Below, in pieces: positions 50,341 through 64,000 of a stretch of DNA of 64,000 nucleotides. Origin of the DNA: Mobula hypostoma (taxonomy: Eukaryota); NCBI RefSeq assembly GCF_963921235.1, contig NC_086117.1:45880001-45944000 (forward strand), in the 5' to 3' direction. Position 1 is the stretch's first letter. Each line of letters begins with the position of its first letter. Under the pieces are notes generated by a model, which had not been told where the DNA came from, ran no database searches, and worked only from the letters and a program-made list of their open reading frames with translations. Position numbers and translations under genes: made by a program.

Positions 50341-53300
50341 ACAGATTCTATAACTACATCAAGAGCAAAAGGATAAGTAGAGTGAGGGTAGAACAACTCG
50401 AGGATAAAGGGGGGAACATTTGCTTGGATGTGGAGAATGTGAGTGAGGTACTTGTTTCAATGTTTCCCAAGGAAAAAGACATGGAGGACCAGGCGATCAA
50501 TGCTGAGTGCATAATTGTGTTAGGCATTCAGGGGTTAAGGAGGAGGATGTGTTTGGTCTCCTAATGAATATTAAAATGGACGTCTCCAGGTCCTGATGGG
50601 ATTTACCCCAGGTTATTGAAAGAGGCAAGAGACGAGATTGCTGGGGCTGTATTGTTCTCGTGCAGTGTGTTGAAACTCTGATTGAACACCAAGTTAAACC
50701 AGAGCCAATGAAGACAGAGCTGTAGTAAGGTTAACCATTTACTGTTCACTCTTCCATATTAACATCGTATGGTGAAAACTGTTGATAAAAAAATATGAAC
50801 ATATACAGCGTCTGTTTCATTCTTGAGACCATGCACGCTCTTTTCTTTTAGTGAGTGTCTTCAGCCGCATGGCAGTACTTAGTAACACCCCCTTTGGCAA
50901 GTATCACAGCTTGTAAATGCTTTTTGTAGCCAGCTAAGAGTCTTTCAATTCTTGTTTGGGGGATTTTCGCCCATTCTTCCTTGCAAAAGGCTGAAAAGTC
51001 TTCTAGTTCTGTGAGATTCTTGGGCTGTCTTGCATGCACTGCTCTTTTGAGGTCTATCCACAGATTCTCGATGATGTTTAGGTCAGGGTACTGTGAGAGC
51101 CATGGCAACACCTCCAGCTTGTGCCTCTTGAGGTAGTCCATTGTGGACTTTGAGGTGTGTTTAGGTTCATTATCCTGTTGTAGAAGCCATCCTCTTTTCA
51201 TCTTTGGCTTTTTTACAGATGGTGTGATTTTTGCTTCCAGAATTTGCTGGTATTTAATTGAATTCATTCTTCCCTCTATTTTAACTTAATCAGTCCACAG
51301 GACTTGTTTCCAAAATGCATCAGGCTTGCTTAGATGTTTCTTTGAACCTTTTAAGTAGAACTTGTTGGCCACAATGAGCAAAGGTATGTTTGGAGAAAAA
51401 AGGGTGCAGAATTTCATGAAAAGAACCCCTCTCCAACTGTTAAGCACGGGGGTGGATCGATCATGCTTTGGGTTTGTGTTGCAGCCAGTGGCACGGGGAA
51501 CATTTACTGGGAGAGGGAAGAATGAATTCAATTTTGGCCACAACACTAAGTGGTATGTGTGGCGCAAATCTAATCCTGAGCATCAACCAGGTAACTCCAT
51601 CCCTACTGTAAAGTATGGTGGACGTAGCATCATGCCATGGATGCTTTTCAGCAGCAGGGACTGGAAATCTGGTCAGGATTGAATGCTGCTAAACACAGTG
51701 AGTTCCTGGACAAAACCCCAAGGCATTCTAGAAGTACTGAGACTCGGGAGCAGGTCAGAGGCTGAGTAACCTGCAGAGAGTGACTCAGCTCCTAACACCC
51801 TATGTCCTATCCACCATCTACAAGCCACAAGTCAGGAGCCTGATCGAATACTCTCCACCTGTTTAGATCTGTGCAGCGCCAGCAACATTCAAGAAGCTCG
51901 ACACAACCCAGGACGAAGCAGCCCCATTCAGAAGAATCCGAATCAGAATCAGGTTTATTATCACCAGCATGTGATGTGAAATTTGATAACTTAGCCGCAG
52001 CAGTTCAATACAATACTTAATATAAAAGAAAAAAAAACAAAATTAAAATAATAATAAATCAATCAATCAATTACAGTATACATATATTGAATAGATTAAA
52101 AATCGTGCAAAAACAGAAATAGTGTATATTAAAAAAGTGAGGTAGTGTCCAAGGGTTCAACGTCCATTTAGGAATCAGATGGGAGAGGGGAAGAAGCTGT
52201 TCCTGAATCGCTGAGTGTGTGCCTTCAGGCTTCTGTATCTCCTACCTGATGGTAACAGTGAGAAAAGGGCATGCTCTGGGTGCTGGAGGTCCTTAATAAT
52301 GGACGCTGCCTTTCTGAGACACTGTTCCCTAAAGATGTCCTGGGTACTTTGTAGGCTAGTATCCAAGATGGAGCTGACTAGATTTACAACCCCCTGCAGC
52401 TTCTTTCGGTCCTGTGCGGTAGCCCCCCTCCCCGCCATACCAGACAGTGATGCAGCCTGTCACCACTCTAAACTCTCATCCGTTCTACCAATGGTGGCTG
52501 TCGTGCGTATTAGCTACAAGTGCATTGCAGTTGCTCATCCAGGCTACGCTGACAGCACTGCCCAAACCCAGTAACCACGTCCCCTCAGTGAGATAAAGGC
52601 AGCAGGACACCACCAAGTCTCCAGCACTTTTTCACTACTGGGTGTAAGTTCTGGAGACCCCTCCCCAACAACACTGAGGGGATTGCAAAGGTTCAAGGGC
52701 GAGGGGGATGGGAGTGCTTTCAACACCTTGAAAGGGAATTAAATTGCAGGAAAGCTTACTGAAGTATGCAGGATAAATACTGTAATAAGACAGGGAAATA
52801 TAAAAGGGGATAAGAGTTTAATTTTGGACAAAATGCAGATAAAAGTAAGAAGAAGGGTTGTGGATATAGGACTGAAGGAGTTAGATTCAAATGCATGCAG
52901 TGTATGAAATAAGGTAGGTGAGCTTACAGTGCAGTTAGAAATTGGCAGGAAAGCCATTGTAGGCATCACAGAGTCATGGTTGAAAGAAGATCATGGCCGG
53001 GTGCCAAACACTTTATTGAAAAGTTAGGAAGGGGAACCAAGAAGGTGAAACAAATGAAGTCAAATCCTTCGAAGAAAGTGGCATAGGATGAAAAGATTTA
53101 GAATTCTTGTGCGTAGAGTTAAGAAACTGTAAGGGTAAAAAGACCCTGATGGGTGTTTCTTACAGGCCTCTGAACAATAGCCAGGATGTGGGGTACAAAC
53201 TACAATGGGAGATAGAAAAGGTGAGTAAAAAGGGCAACGTTACAATAGTTATGGGGAATTTCAATATGCATGTAGATTGGGAAAATCAGATTGGTGCTGG

Positions 53301-56300
53301 ATTCCAGTGAAGGGATTTGTAGAATGACTACAAGAAAGCATTTTAGAACAGCTTTGGTCAATTCCACTAGGGAAAAACGCAATTCCAGATTTGGTGTTAT
53401 GCAATGAACCATATTTGACTAGAAAGCTTAAGGTAAAAGAAACCTGAGGTGATCATGATCATAATTCAATAGAATTTACCCTGCAGTTTGAGAGGGAGAA
53501 GCTAAAATTGGATGTACTGTATCGGTATTATAGTTGAGTAAAGGTACTGACAGAGGCACGAGGGAAGAGCTGGCCAAAGTTGATTGGAAGGGGAAACTAG
53601 CAGGGATGATGGAAGAAAAGCAATGGCCTGAGTTTCTGGCAGCAACTCAGAAGGTGCATGCTTCTTTCATCTCAAAGAAGATAAAGGGGGCATGAGACAA
53701 CTGTAGCGTCAAAGTCAGGATTAAAAGTAAAAGGAGGGCAAAAAATATAACAAAAGTTAGGGACAATCTGGAGGACTGGGTAGTTTTTAAAAGCCAAAAG
53801 AAGGCTAACTAAAAGGCAATAGGGAATGAAAAGATGAAATATGAAGGTAAGCTAGCCATTCGTGTAAAAGAGGGTACCAGAAGTTTTCTCAGATAAATAA
53901 AGTGTAAAAGATAGGCGAGAGTGGATATCGGACTGCTGGAGATGTAGTAATGAGGAAGAAACAAATGGTGGATGAATTGAACAAGTATTTTGAATCTTCA
54001 CTATGGAAGACACCAGCAACATGCCAGAAATTCAAGAGACTGAGGGAGCAGAAGTGAGTGCGGGTTCTATTACTAAGGAGAAGGAGCTTGGGAAGCTGAA
54101 AGGCCTGGAGGCAGTTAAGTCATCTGGACAGAACCCCAGGGTTCTGAAAGAAGTAGCTGAAAAGATTGTGGAGACATTGGTAGTGATCCTTCAAGAACCA
54201 CGAGATTCTAGAATGGTTCCGGCGGACTGGAAACTTGCAATTGTCACCCCACACTTTAAGAAGGGAGTGAGGCAACAGACAAGAAATTCTAGGCCAGTTA
54301 GCCTGACTTCAGTGGTCGGCAAGACGTTAGAGTCCATTACAAAGGATGAGGTTTTGGGGTACTTGGAGGCACATGTTAATAGAAGCTAAAGTCAGAATGG
54401 TTTCCATAAGGGGAAATCTAGCTGACAAAACTGTTGGAATTCTCTGAAGAAGTAATAGGTAGTTTAGACTAAGGAGAGTCTGTAGATAACAGGAATTCTG
54501 CAGATGCTGGAAATTCAAGCAACACACATCAAAGTTGCTGGTGAACGCAGCAGGCCAGGCAGCATCTCTAGGAAGAGGTGCAGTCGACGTTTCAGGCCGA
54601 GACCCTTCGTCAGGACTGGAGATCTATAGATCTGTAGAGCCTATAGATGTTGTTTACTTGGATTTTCAGATGATCTTTGATAAGGTGCCACATATAAGGC
54701 TGCTGAGGCACCTAGCGATTCAGTAACAGCTTCTTCCCTCTGCCATCTGATTCTTAAATGTACATTGAACCTTTGAGCATTATCTCACTTTTTTAATATA
54801 TATTATTTCTGTTTTTTGTACGATTCTTAATCTATTCAATATAAATATACTGTCATTGATTTACTTGTGTATTTATTATTATCATTATTATTTTATTTTT
54901 TTCCTTTTTCTTTTATATTATGTATTGCATTGAACTGCTGCTGCTAAGTTAACAAATTTCACGACATTTGCCGGTGATAATAAACCTGATTCTGATTCTG
55001 ATAAACAAGATACTGCAGGAACGATTCTAACATGGACAGAAGAATAGCTGAGCAGCAGAAGGCAAAGAGTGGGAATAAAGGAGCCTTTTTGGGTTGGCTG
55101 CCAGTGATTAGTGGTGTTCTGCGGGGGTCATTGTTGAGACCACTTCGTTTCATGTTATATGGTAATGATCTAGATGTTGACGTTCTTAGTTTAGAAACAT
55201 AGAAAACCTACAGCACAATACAGGCCCTTCGGCCCATGATGCTGTACCTTACATGCACTTATTTTAGAAATTACCTAGGGTTACCCATAGCTTCTATTTT
55301 CCTAAGCTCCATGTACCTATCCAAGAGTATCTTCAAAAACTCTATCGTATCTGCCTCCACCACTGTCACTGGCAGCCCATTCCACACACTCACCACTCTC
55401 AGAGTAAAAAACTTACCCCTGACATTTCCTCTGTACCTACTTCCAAGAACCAACTAGCCCTCTCGTGTTAGTCATTTCAACCCTGAGAAAAAGCCTCTGA
55501 CTATCTACACGATCAATGCCTCTCATTATCTTATACACCTCTATCAGGTCACCTCTCATCCTCCATCACTCCAAGGAGAAAAGGCCAAGTACACACAATC
55601 TATTCTCATAAGGCATTCTCCCCAATCCATGCAACATCCTTATAAATCTCCTCTGCATCCCTTCTGTAGTGAGGCGACCAGAACTCAGTACTCCAAGTGG
55701 GGTCTGACCAGGGTCCTATAAAGCTGTAACATTACCTTTCGGCCCTTGAACACAATCCTATGGTTGATGAAGGCCAATGCACAATATGCCTTCTTAACCA
55801 CACAGTCAACCTGCGCTGCAGCTTTGAGTGTCCTATGGACTCGGATCCCAAGATCCCTCTGATCCTCCACACTGCCAAGAGTCTTACCATTAATACTATA
55901 TTCTGCCATCATATTTGACCTACCAAAATGAACCACCTCACACTTATCCGGGTTGAACTCCATCTGCCACTTCTCAGCCCAGTTTTGCATCCTATCGATG
56001 TCCCGCTGTAATCTCTGACTGCCCTCCCTACTATCCACAACACTCCCAACCTTTGTGTCAACCACAGACTTACTAACCCATCCCTCTTCTGCCTCATCTA
56101 GGTGATTTATAAAAATCACAAAGAGTAGGGGCACCAGAACAGATCCCTGAGGCACACCACTGGTGACAGACCTCCATGCAGAATATGACCTGTCTACAGC
56201 CACTCTTTGCCTTCTGTGGGCAAGCCAATTCTGGATCCAAAAAGCAAGGTCCCCTTGGATCCCATGCCTTCTTACTTTCTCAAGAAACCTTGCATGGGGT

Positions 56301-57394
56301 TCCTTATCAAATGCCTTGCTGAAATCCATATACACTATATCTACTGCTCTACCTTCATCAATGTGTTTAGTCACATCCTCAAAAAATTCATCAGGTTCGT
56401 AAGGCACGACCTGTCTTTGACAAAGCCATGCTGACTATTCTTAATCATATTATGCCTCTGCAAATGTTCATAAATCCTGCCTCTCAGTATCTTCTCCATC
56501 AACTTACCAACCACTGAAGTAAGACTCACTGGTCTATAATTTCCTGGGCTATCTCTACACCCTTTCTTGAATAAGGGAACAACATTTGCAACCCTCAAAT
56601 CCTCTGGAACCTCTTCTGTCCCCATTGATGATGCGAAGATCATTGCCAGAGGATTAGCAATCTCCTCCCTCACTTCCCACAGTAGTCTGGGGTATATCTT
56701 GTCTGGTCCCGGTGACTTATCCAACTTGATGCTTTCCAAAATCTCCAGCACATCCTTTTTCTTAATATCTATATGCTCAAACTTTTCAGTTGACTGTGTC
56801 ATCCCTACAATCGCCAAGGTCCTTTTCCGTAGTGAATACAGAAGCAAAATATTCATTAAGTACATCTGCTACCTCCTCCGGTTCCATACACACTTTTCCA
56901 CTGTCACACTTGATAGGTCCTATTCTCTCACATCTTATCCTCTTGCTCTTCATATACTGGGATGGGTTAACTCATTTGCTAAGGATTTGCAAACGTGCAA
57001 TCACTAGTGGACAGATATTTCGAAGAGTCTGGTTTTGCTCCCTATATACATTCCACACTCTTTGTTGACCAAAGGTCGATCCTCTTGTTCAATGAGGAGT
57101 GATGACAAGTAATAACCTGCACAGAGCTCAGTCCATCACATAGTCTAATTCTCCAACTCACTCATTCTCTGATCCGCCGCTGATATTCCAAGCTCAGACC
57201 AGTTAATGTGCCCACTCAAGGGTTCTAGTGGTTTCTGAGTAAATCCATCAAGTTGTGATTAATGAATAACAAAATAATGTCAACATGGACCTTTGAGCTG
57301 TCACTGTTCCACACACACCGGGATTGGGACATCGTCTGTCTGATAACTCCAGGCAGAACCACGTAGCTGTGTTACTTTGGAGCAGACCAGCAGA

Positions 57395-57508
57395 ATGTGG
57401 TGCACTCTGTGCCTTCTCCTTGCCGTGCAGCTGTTGGGCACAGGGACAGCAGCCCCACGGAAAACAAATGCTGATCTTCTACTATGGGCGAACTTTAATG
57501 AGAATCAG
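57395..57508 (+). CDS. Copy B exon 1 (signal peptide + lipocalin stub)
   Basis: [38 protein letters not shown]|gtaat; mirror of 35181-35294 with one M/V change. Confidence 0.8.
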
Positions 57509-60500
57509 GTAATCCAAGCCAGACTGAACTCAGGGATGTGGGCTCATGAACTGTAGTTGTACACTGGGTAAATGACCACAGATAGTGCTGTGACTGATAT
57601 ATTGGGCTCAGAAACAGCAGTTAATGCATTAACTTTGGTCCACTAGGCTTAGGAGCTATGTTAAGGCCATCACTGTTGTCATTGTCTTGCAGTTGTTGTA
57701 GGAACTCTGGTACCCCATGGTTCTGGGATCATAATGACGTCTGTAAGTCTGGAACAGCAGAGTTAGGCACTGAGATTAATGCTGTATAAGGGCCAGTAGT
57801 TATTGCAAGTAGTATGCTTGTTTTATTCTGGTGCTCTGGGTGTTGGTTAATTTAACTAACCCTGAGGTGCTGGTTTAAGAGATTGTAATTGATATAGTAA
57901 TTTGACAGATGGGATGAAGTTGGCAGCTTATTCAGTAAGTCATGTACACTGTGCTCAGTAAGTTAAGTTGATGCTGTAATGAATGTGCTGGTATGATGGC
58001 GATATTTCTCACCGCTTCTTGGGCATCTGCCCTATGGAAAAGTCGTTAACGCACTAACTCTGGTACACTGGGTTTGGGAATGACAAGCCCAGTGATAATA
58101 AATTAGATAATATTCTGATTCTGTCCCAGAGATATAGTTAATGCAATAACTCTGGTAAACCGGGTAAGTGGGTTGCTTTGATTGGTGTAGCTTTGGGCTG
58201 AGCAGTGGCATTGATCGGTGCTTACATGCGATAACTACAGTAGCATAGTGAGCACGGCACTATTACAGCTTGGGGCTTTCCAGAGTTTGCCGTTCAATTG
58301 TGGTGCCGTTCTGTAAGGAGCGTCTGCACATTCTCCCTGTGGATTTTTCCGGGTGCTCCTGTTCCTTCCCACAGTGCAAAGACATACTGGGTTGGTTAAG
58401 TGGTGGTTGGAAGTTGTCCTGTGATTAGTTTAGGATTAATCAGAGCTGTGGGGGATGTTGCGGCTGTGTACCACGAAGGGGTTACGCTGTGCAGCATCAC
58501 TGTCCGGGGGCAGCGGGAACACGATGGGGTTACACTTCAACACTCAGAAGAGGTTGAGGCTGAGTTTCAACTTTTAGGAAGTTTATTTTCTTCCAGTCTG
58601 CTGAGTGCACATGAGAGCAAACACAACCTTACTGTGAGCCCAAAGATCAAACAAACAACAACACTAGTCCAAGCCTCTATTGGCTCACCCCAAGGAAACT
58701 CATGTTCAATTACAGACATAAAATCCTTGAACTACGCAGAGGGAAGACAGCTTCTGTGGAGAGAGAATGCCAAGGATCGTTTGTCAGAACTCAGAAGTGG
58801 GTGTGGGATCTGATGATTTTTCTGATACCCAGGTTCCTTTGGGAGTCCAAGAATGAGTAAATACTTGTTGCTTCGTAATTGTTTGTCTTAAAGTTTAAAC
58901 GAAGGAGCAGATAGAGAGCTTATGAAACTGAGAGGAGAAAAAAGGAACAAAGAAATAAAGAAAAAAGGAAACAAAGATGGCGCTTTTGCAGTGCCTGTCA
59001 CCTTTATTCTTCAATTGAGTTAAATTCCTGAGATAAGAAGGAACCAATAAAAAGTTACACAGTCACAGTAAATGTGTAATGTACTAACACTTAGCCAATG
59101 AGAAATGAAAATTGGACCTGCTATACTGCTTTTCCTTCAGTAGGTGGAGACCAACACCACATATTGTGAAAAATACGAGGGGTGATTGATAAGTTTGTGG
59201 CCTAATGTAGAAGGAGTCAATTTTAGAAAACCTAGCACATTTATTTTTCAACATAGTCCCCTCCTACATGTACACACTTAGTCCAGCGGTCGTGGAGCAT
59301 ACAGATCCCTTCTTTGTAGAAGTAGTCCACAGCAGGGGTGGTTGATAAGTTCGTGGCCTAAGGTAGAAGGTGATGAGTTATTAACTTCAAACTTTCTGCA
59401 TTATCACTCAAAGAGTTGAACTGCACGTGCATGTAACGAGAGTGACTTGGACCTCCAGGTGGTCCACAGCAGGGACGATTGATAAGTTTGTGGCCTAAGG
59501 TAGAAGGAGATGAGTTATACAGCTCTCTAAAATTGACTCCTTCTACCTTAGGCCACAAACTTATCAATCACCCCTTGTACATGTGTTTGTTAAAAATACA
59601 ACTTGTATGTCAGTAAAACATATGATTTTAGTCTTGCATTAATTCAACTAATATTTTACTAAAGCATTAAAAAACAATTACAACAAGGGATTTACCAAAT
59701 CCTCTGTAAGTAAAACAACCACAACCTGGATAACCTCAGTGTTATCATTCCAGAGCTTCTGTCGTGGGTCCAGCATGTAGGTGTGATCACGATGAAAGAA
59801 CTGCAATGCTTCTACTTTCTTAGAAATTTGCAAAGATTTGGCATGTCATCTAAAACTTTGACAAACTTCTACAGATATGTGGAAGAGAGGATATTGATCA
59901 GTTGCATCGAGGCCTGGCATGGAAGCGCCAATGCCTTTGGTTGGAAAAACCTCCAGAAAGTAGTGGATGCTGCCCAGTCCATCACAGTTGTAGCCCTCCC
60001 CACCATTGTGCATATTTACATGGAGCACTGCTGCAGCAAAGAAGCATCCATCATCAAGGACCCCCACCACTCAGGCCATGCTGCTGTAAGGGAGGAGATA
60101 CAGGAACCTCAACATCTGCACTACCAGGTTCAGGAACAATTCTCACCCCTCAGCCATCAGGCTCTTGAGCCAAAGGGAGTAGCTTTAGTCATCTTCACTC
60201 ACCCCATTGCAGAGCTGTTCCCACAATCTATAGACTCACTTTCAATGAATCTTCATCTCACATTCTTAATACTTACTGATTATTTTTAATTATTTCTTTA
60301 TTTTCTCTTTCTTTTCGTATTTGCACAGTTTATTGTGTTTCCCCCTCATATTGGTTGTTGTCCATCCTGTTGAGTGCCGTCTTTCATTGATTCTATTGTG
60401 TTTCTTGTAATTACTATGATTGCCTGCAAGAAAATGAATCTCAGGGTTGTATATGGTGACATTAGCGCACTTTGATAATAAATTTACTTTGAACTTTGAA

Positions 60501-61824
60501 CATATTGACATCAAAGGCTGACAAATTCCTGGGATGAGGTTGTTCCCAAAATTACAATGGAAGCAGATGAAAACTTTGGAGATTAACATTATTTTTCACA
60601 TTTATCTGGGCTTGGAAACTCTTTGTTTAGATTGAAAAATTGTAAATGTCACTGTTAATTGAGAAAAATGATACGCCCAAGGTATATCTCAGCAAATAAC
60701 ACCAAGATAAGTGACTGAACAGTTTCATGGCTGATAAATCTGTCTGAAGGTTTTGAAGTAGCAATGAACGGGATGGCAAAGGGAGATGTAACTGATAAGG
60801 TTTTCCATCTCTGGGCTACCTGACATATGTACAGAATAGGGGGTTATAGGGATTGATGGCAGGAGGTGTGCTGAGCCAGTGTTCGATAGGGCAATGCTAT
60901 AAAATCTCATTCAACCCATTATGGAACTGATCAGAATTATGTTCCATATTGCTTGTTCATGTTCTTGGTCATATAACATTGTGAAACTTTGTAAACTTGT
61001 TTGAGTTTTTCCACAAACAAGTTACTTATTATAAAATATTTTGTTTGTAAATGAAGACTGAGTATTTTACAGCTCTTGGGAAAGAAGCAACTTAAAAGAA
61101 ACAAATAAATGCTTCATATTTGTTATGTTTTCTCACTCCAGAAACTAATCAAAACTAGTTTGATTTGCTTCAAAATACTGCTCAATTCATTCAGTATACA
61201 TCACTCAGTTATCTGTTGTGCACTCAAACACATCTATCTTTCTGATGTAATGAGCCATCTCTGCTTTTTTAAAATTTATTATCATTATCACCCGGTACTC
61301 ACCGATTATGAACCCATGAATTCTGTCTGTTTTCTGACTTTTTTTTAAACTCAACCGTTTTTCACTCATTTCTGAAAAAATAAACATGGTGTGCTTTTTT
61401 AAAAAAAACTCAAATGTCTCTCTGTCTCCCCTTCTGAAGAAGGAACGTGCTGTGTTTCAACAGGTAGGTAGGGGTCTCAGGTTAGGTTTAAAATTTCCTC
61501 ATTGCTACTGTTATGTTTTGTAACTTCAGAAACAAATTGAAAGAAACAACCGGGAAGCTGGGGTAAACATGCCTTCTTTCTTTTTACTTTCCATTCTTTA
61601 CTGGCGAACGCCCTTATGATGTGATAGGCTAATGACATATGTCATCTATGTACATTTGCATATAACCTGCAATGAATTATGTGAAAAATAAAATTGCTTC
61701 ATCAAGCAATATATTTACAATATTACTGAAATATTAAATACTGTACACAACAATATTTTTGCATTATTTTCTGAATCAATGTCTAATCAAATCTGAAGGC
61801 ATTTTCATTCCTCTTTCATGCAAG

Positions 61825-61891
61825 GCTCGTGCAAGGAGAGCGTTGACAGACATGGAAGGGTCTGCTTTTGGAGCCATTGAAGCAAATGAAG
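61825..61891 (+). CDS. Copy B linker exon, [22 protein letters not shown]; Kunitz exons not in window
   Basis: Furin site followed by EGSA, similar to AMBP RVRR-AVLPQEEEGSG; intact splice sites. Confidence 0.87.
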
Positions 61892-64000
61892 GTGGGTATA
61901 GCACTGGATACAGCAAAGGGTGAATCACTGCTCTCAACATCAGGGGAGGTGGGGTGTTACGGAGTAAATCAGCACCTTGGACAGTGGATGCAAGGACAGA
62001 GAGATCACTGGGCCACCCTGATCACGGTGCTGGGAACTGGCCAACAGTGAGCTGGGTGCCACATCAGGTACGGCACTGGCTGCAGAAATGGAACAGAACC
62101 AGTGTAATTATGCAGAGTATGCATTAACCAGTACCATGTTGCAGTATTATTATGAGGTGTTTTGACCACCACACTGGGCACAGGTCTAGGCAGGGGATTA
62201 AGTACTGTTTTGGCACAGCACTGGTTTGATTACCTGGTGCTGCTTCCGGCAGATGACCAGCCGCAGCATAATGTGGAGCCATCGGTCACTCGGCCCAGCC
62301 ATGGGCCTTCAGTCCACCAACTCCACTTACCAGCACTTGGTCCACAGCCTTTAAAACTGGATTGATCCAAGTCCTTGTCTACTGTAGATGCTTCTTTTTT
62401 ATCACTAAATTTTTTATTACAACACCAACAAATTACATTCAATACAACCAGTTGCCGATTACATTTTGACTCTTTAACCCAGCCACCCCCCAACTTTCAT
62501 CACCACCCCCCCTCCACCCCTCATCCTCTTCCTCATCCCCACCCCCCTACTGTAGATGCTTCTTAAATACTTTGAGAATACTGTCTCCACCACCAACGTT
62601 CCCTCTAAGGTGTGCGCGTGCAAACATCTTTTGTTACCAGCGCACAAAATAATTTAAACTGCGGACAAAAGGTTGTCACCCTGTACCTCGCTGACAAAGT
62701 TAAGTATACTTCTTTTGATGAATATTTATCAAAATATTACCCCCTCCCCCTTCTGCTATATGGAAGTTGAAAAGGCAAAGTGTTCTTAGAAATAAAACGT
62801 CTGATTGCAAACAGCGACATGTTTATTTATCCACAAGTTTGAAGTCATTCAGTTTGCCGGTTGCACCGTTGGAACTTGTGCAATAAATAGTGAACTATTT
62901 GCATGTTTATGTGACATCAGCAATGACTCATTGATATGCATTATGTTATTTCTTTTAAACAATGAACAACAAAGTTGACTTGGTCGATTATCATCCTTAG
63001 AATAGCTTCAGGTTTACTTAAACATTCAGTGCACACATATTGCTGTCACTGGGCAAAAAATTGCACAGCACAAGATTTTTGCATGCACTGATCATTACAT
63101 ATTAGAGGGAACATTAGTTCCACATTTGTTTTCAACAACATTTCCCCTTTGAATTATATATTCCCTAATGGTTACTTCCATATTCCGCTTTCTCCCTTGT
63201 AATTTTGTTCTAATTGGTCTAGGGATGTGGGCTTTGCAAGTTGAGCTAGCTTTGAATTTCTTGTGCCCAGTTGCCCTTGAGAAAGTGGTGAACTGTCTTC
63301 TTGAACCTTATTACAAGAAGGACTTGGAAGCTTTAGAAAGGTTGCAGAGGAGGTTTAGCATGATGCTCTCTGGATTAGAGAGAATGCCTTAGGAGGAAAG
63401 GTTGAGTGAGCTAGGGCTCTTGTCTTTAGAACAACTTGAGAAGCAACTTTATGAAAGTGTACTAGATTATGAGAGACGTAGCTAGAGTGGGCAGCCAGCA
63501 CATTCTGCCCAGGGCAGCAATGGCAATACCATAGGACATGTATTTATGATGAGTGGAGGAACGTTTTGGAGAGTTGTCAGAGGTACATTCTCAGCTAGTG
63601 GGATTCAGATTCCAGCCAGACTACCATCAAAGACATCTTCAAACTGTGGTGCCTCCAGTGCATGCCCTCTTCTCATTACTCAGATCAGGAAGAAGACACA
63701 AGAGCCTAAGGATGGCCATGGAGAGGGCTGGGGAGAGGCAGGTTGGTGTGGGAATGGGAAGGGCATTTTCAGGGACATACAACCAGAAGCTCGAGGTGGC
63801 TGTTGCAGACAGAGCACAGGTGTTCCACAAAATCGATGCCTAGTCTACATTTGGTTTCCCTGATGTAGTGGAGGCCACATTGGACGTACTGGCTACAGAA
63901 GACAAGTTTGGAAGAAGTTGTGTGAGCTGGAAGGACTGTTTGGGTCCCTGGACAGTGGTGAATGAGGAGGTTTAACTTTGGTTTACAAGCAGTTCTCAGG

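Larger units (their letters stand above)
50886..63459. repeat. Inverted segmental duplication, right arm
   Basis: Reverse complement of 29230-41816; similarity ends at ...ttatgaaagtg (63459). Confidence 0.98.

Noticed and set aside
41817-50885. Missing A1M exons hidden in the palindrome spacer
   Set aside because: The spacer lies upstream of both exon 1 copies and I could recognise only LINE and other repeat debris in it

Overview
Repeat-rich vertebrate genomic DNA. The CR1, Penelope, Rex1, Tc1 and SINE families suggest a cartilaginous fish, probably a ray (inference). Most ORF-track entries are transposon debris or chance ORFs; the real genes are spliced and were read by hand. (1) A minus-strand complement C8 gamma (C8G) lipocalin gene, ~523-12513, with an apparent 2-nt deficit at the start of exon 2. 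(2) About 12 kb upstream on the same strand, an AMBP-derived gene (24755-35294) with the lipocalin-type signal-peptide exon 1, the furin/GAG linker exon, both Kunitz exons and the terminal exon, but no intact alpha-1-microglobulin exons 2-6. Exon 1 splices in frame to the linker, predicting a 182-aa 'bikunin-only' precursor. (3) A ~12.6-kb inverted duplication (29230-41816 vs 50886-63459, ~9-kb spacer) creates a second, head-to-head copy of the promoter, exon 1 and linker exon. The arms are ~97-100% identical by eye, yet differ at four clustered codons at the glycosaminoglycan site (RARR-ALTDMEGSA vs [13 protein letters not shown]). Also present: a triple-nested solo-LTR stack with TSDs, Penelope fragments carrying minimal hammerhead ribozyme motifs, and an ERV pol remnant.
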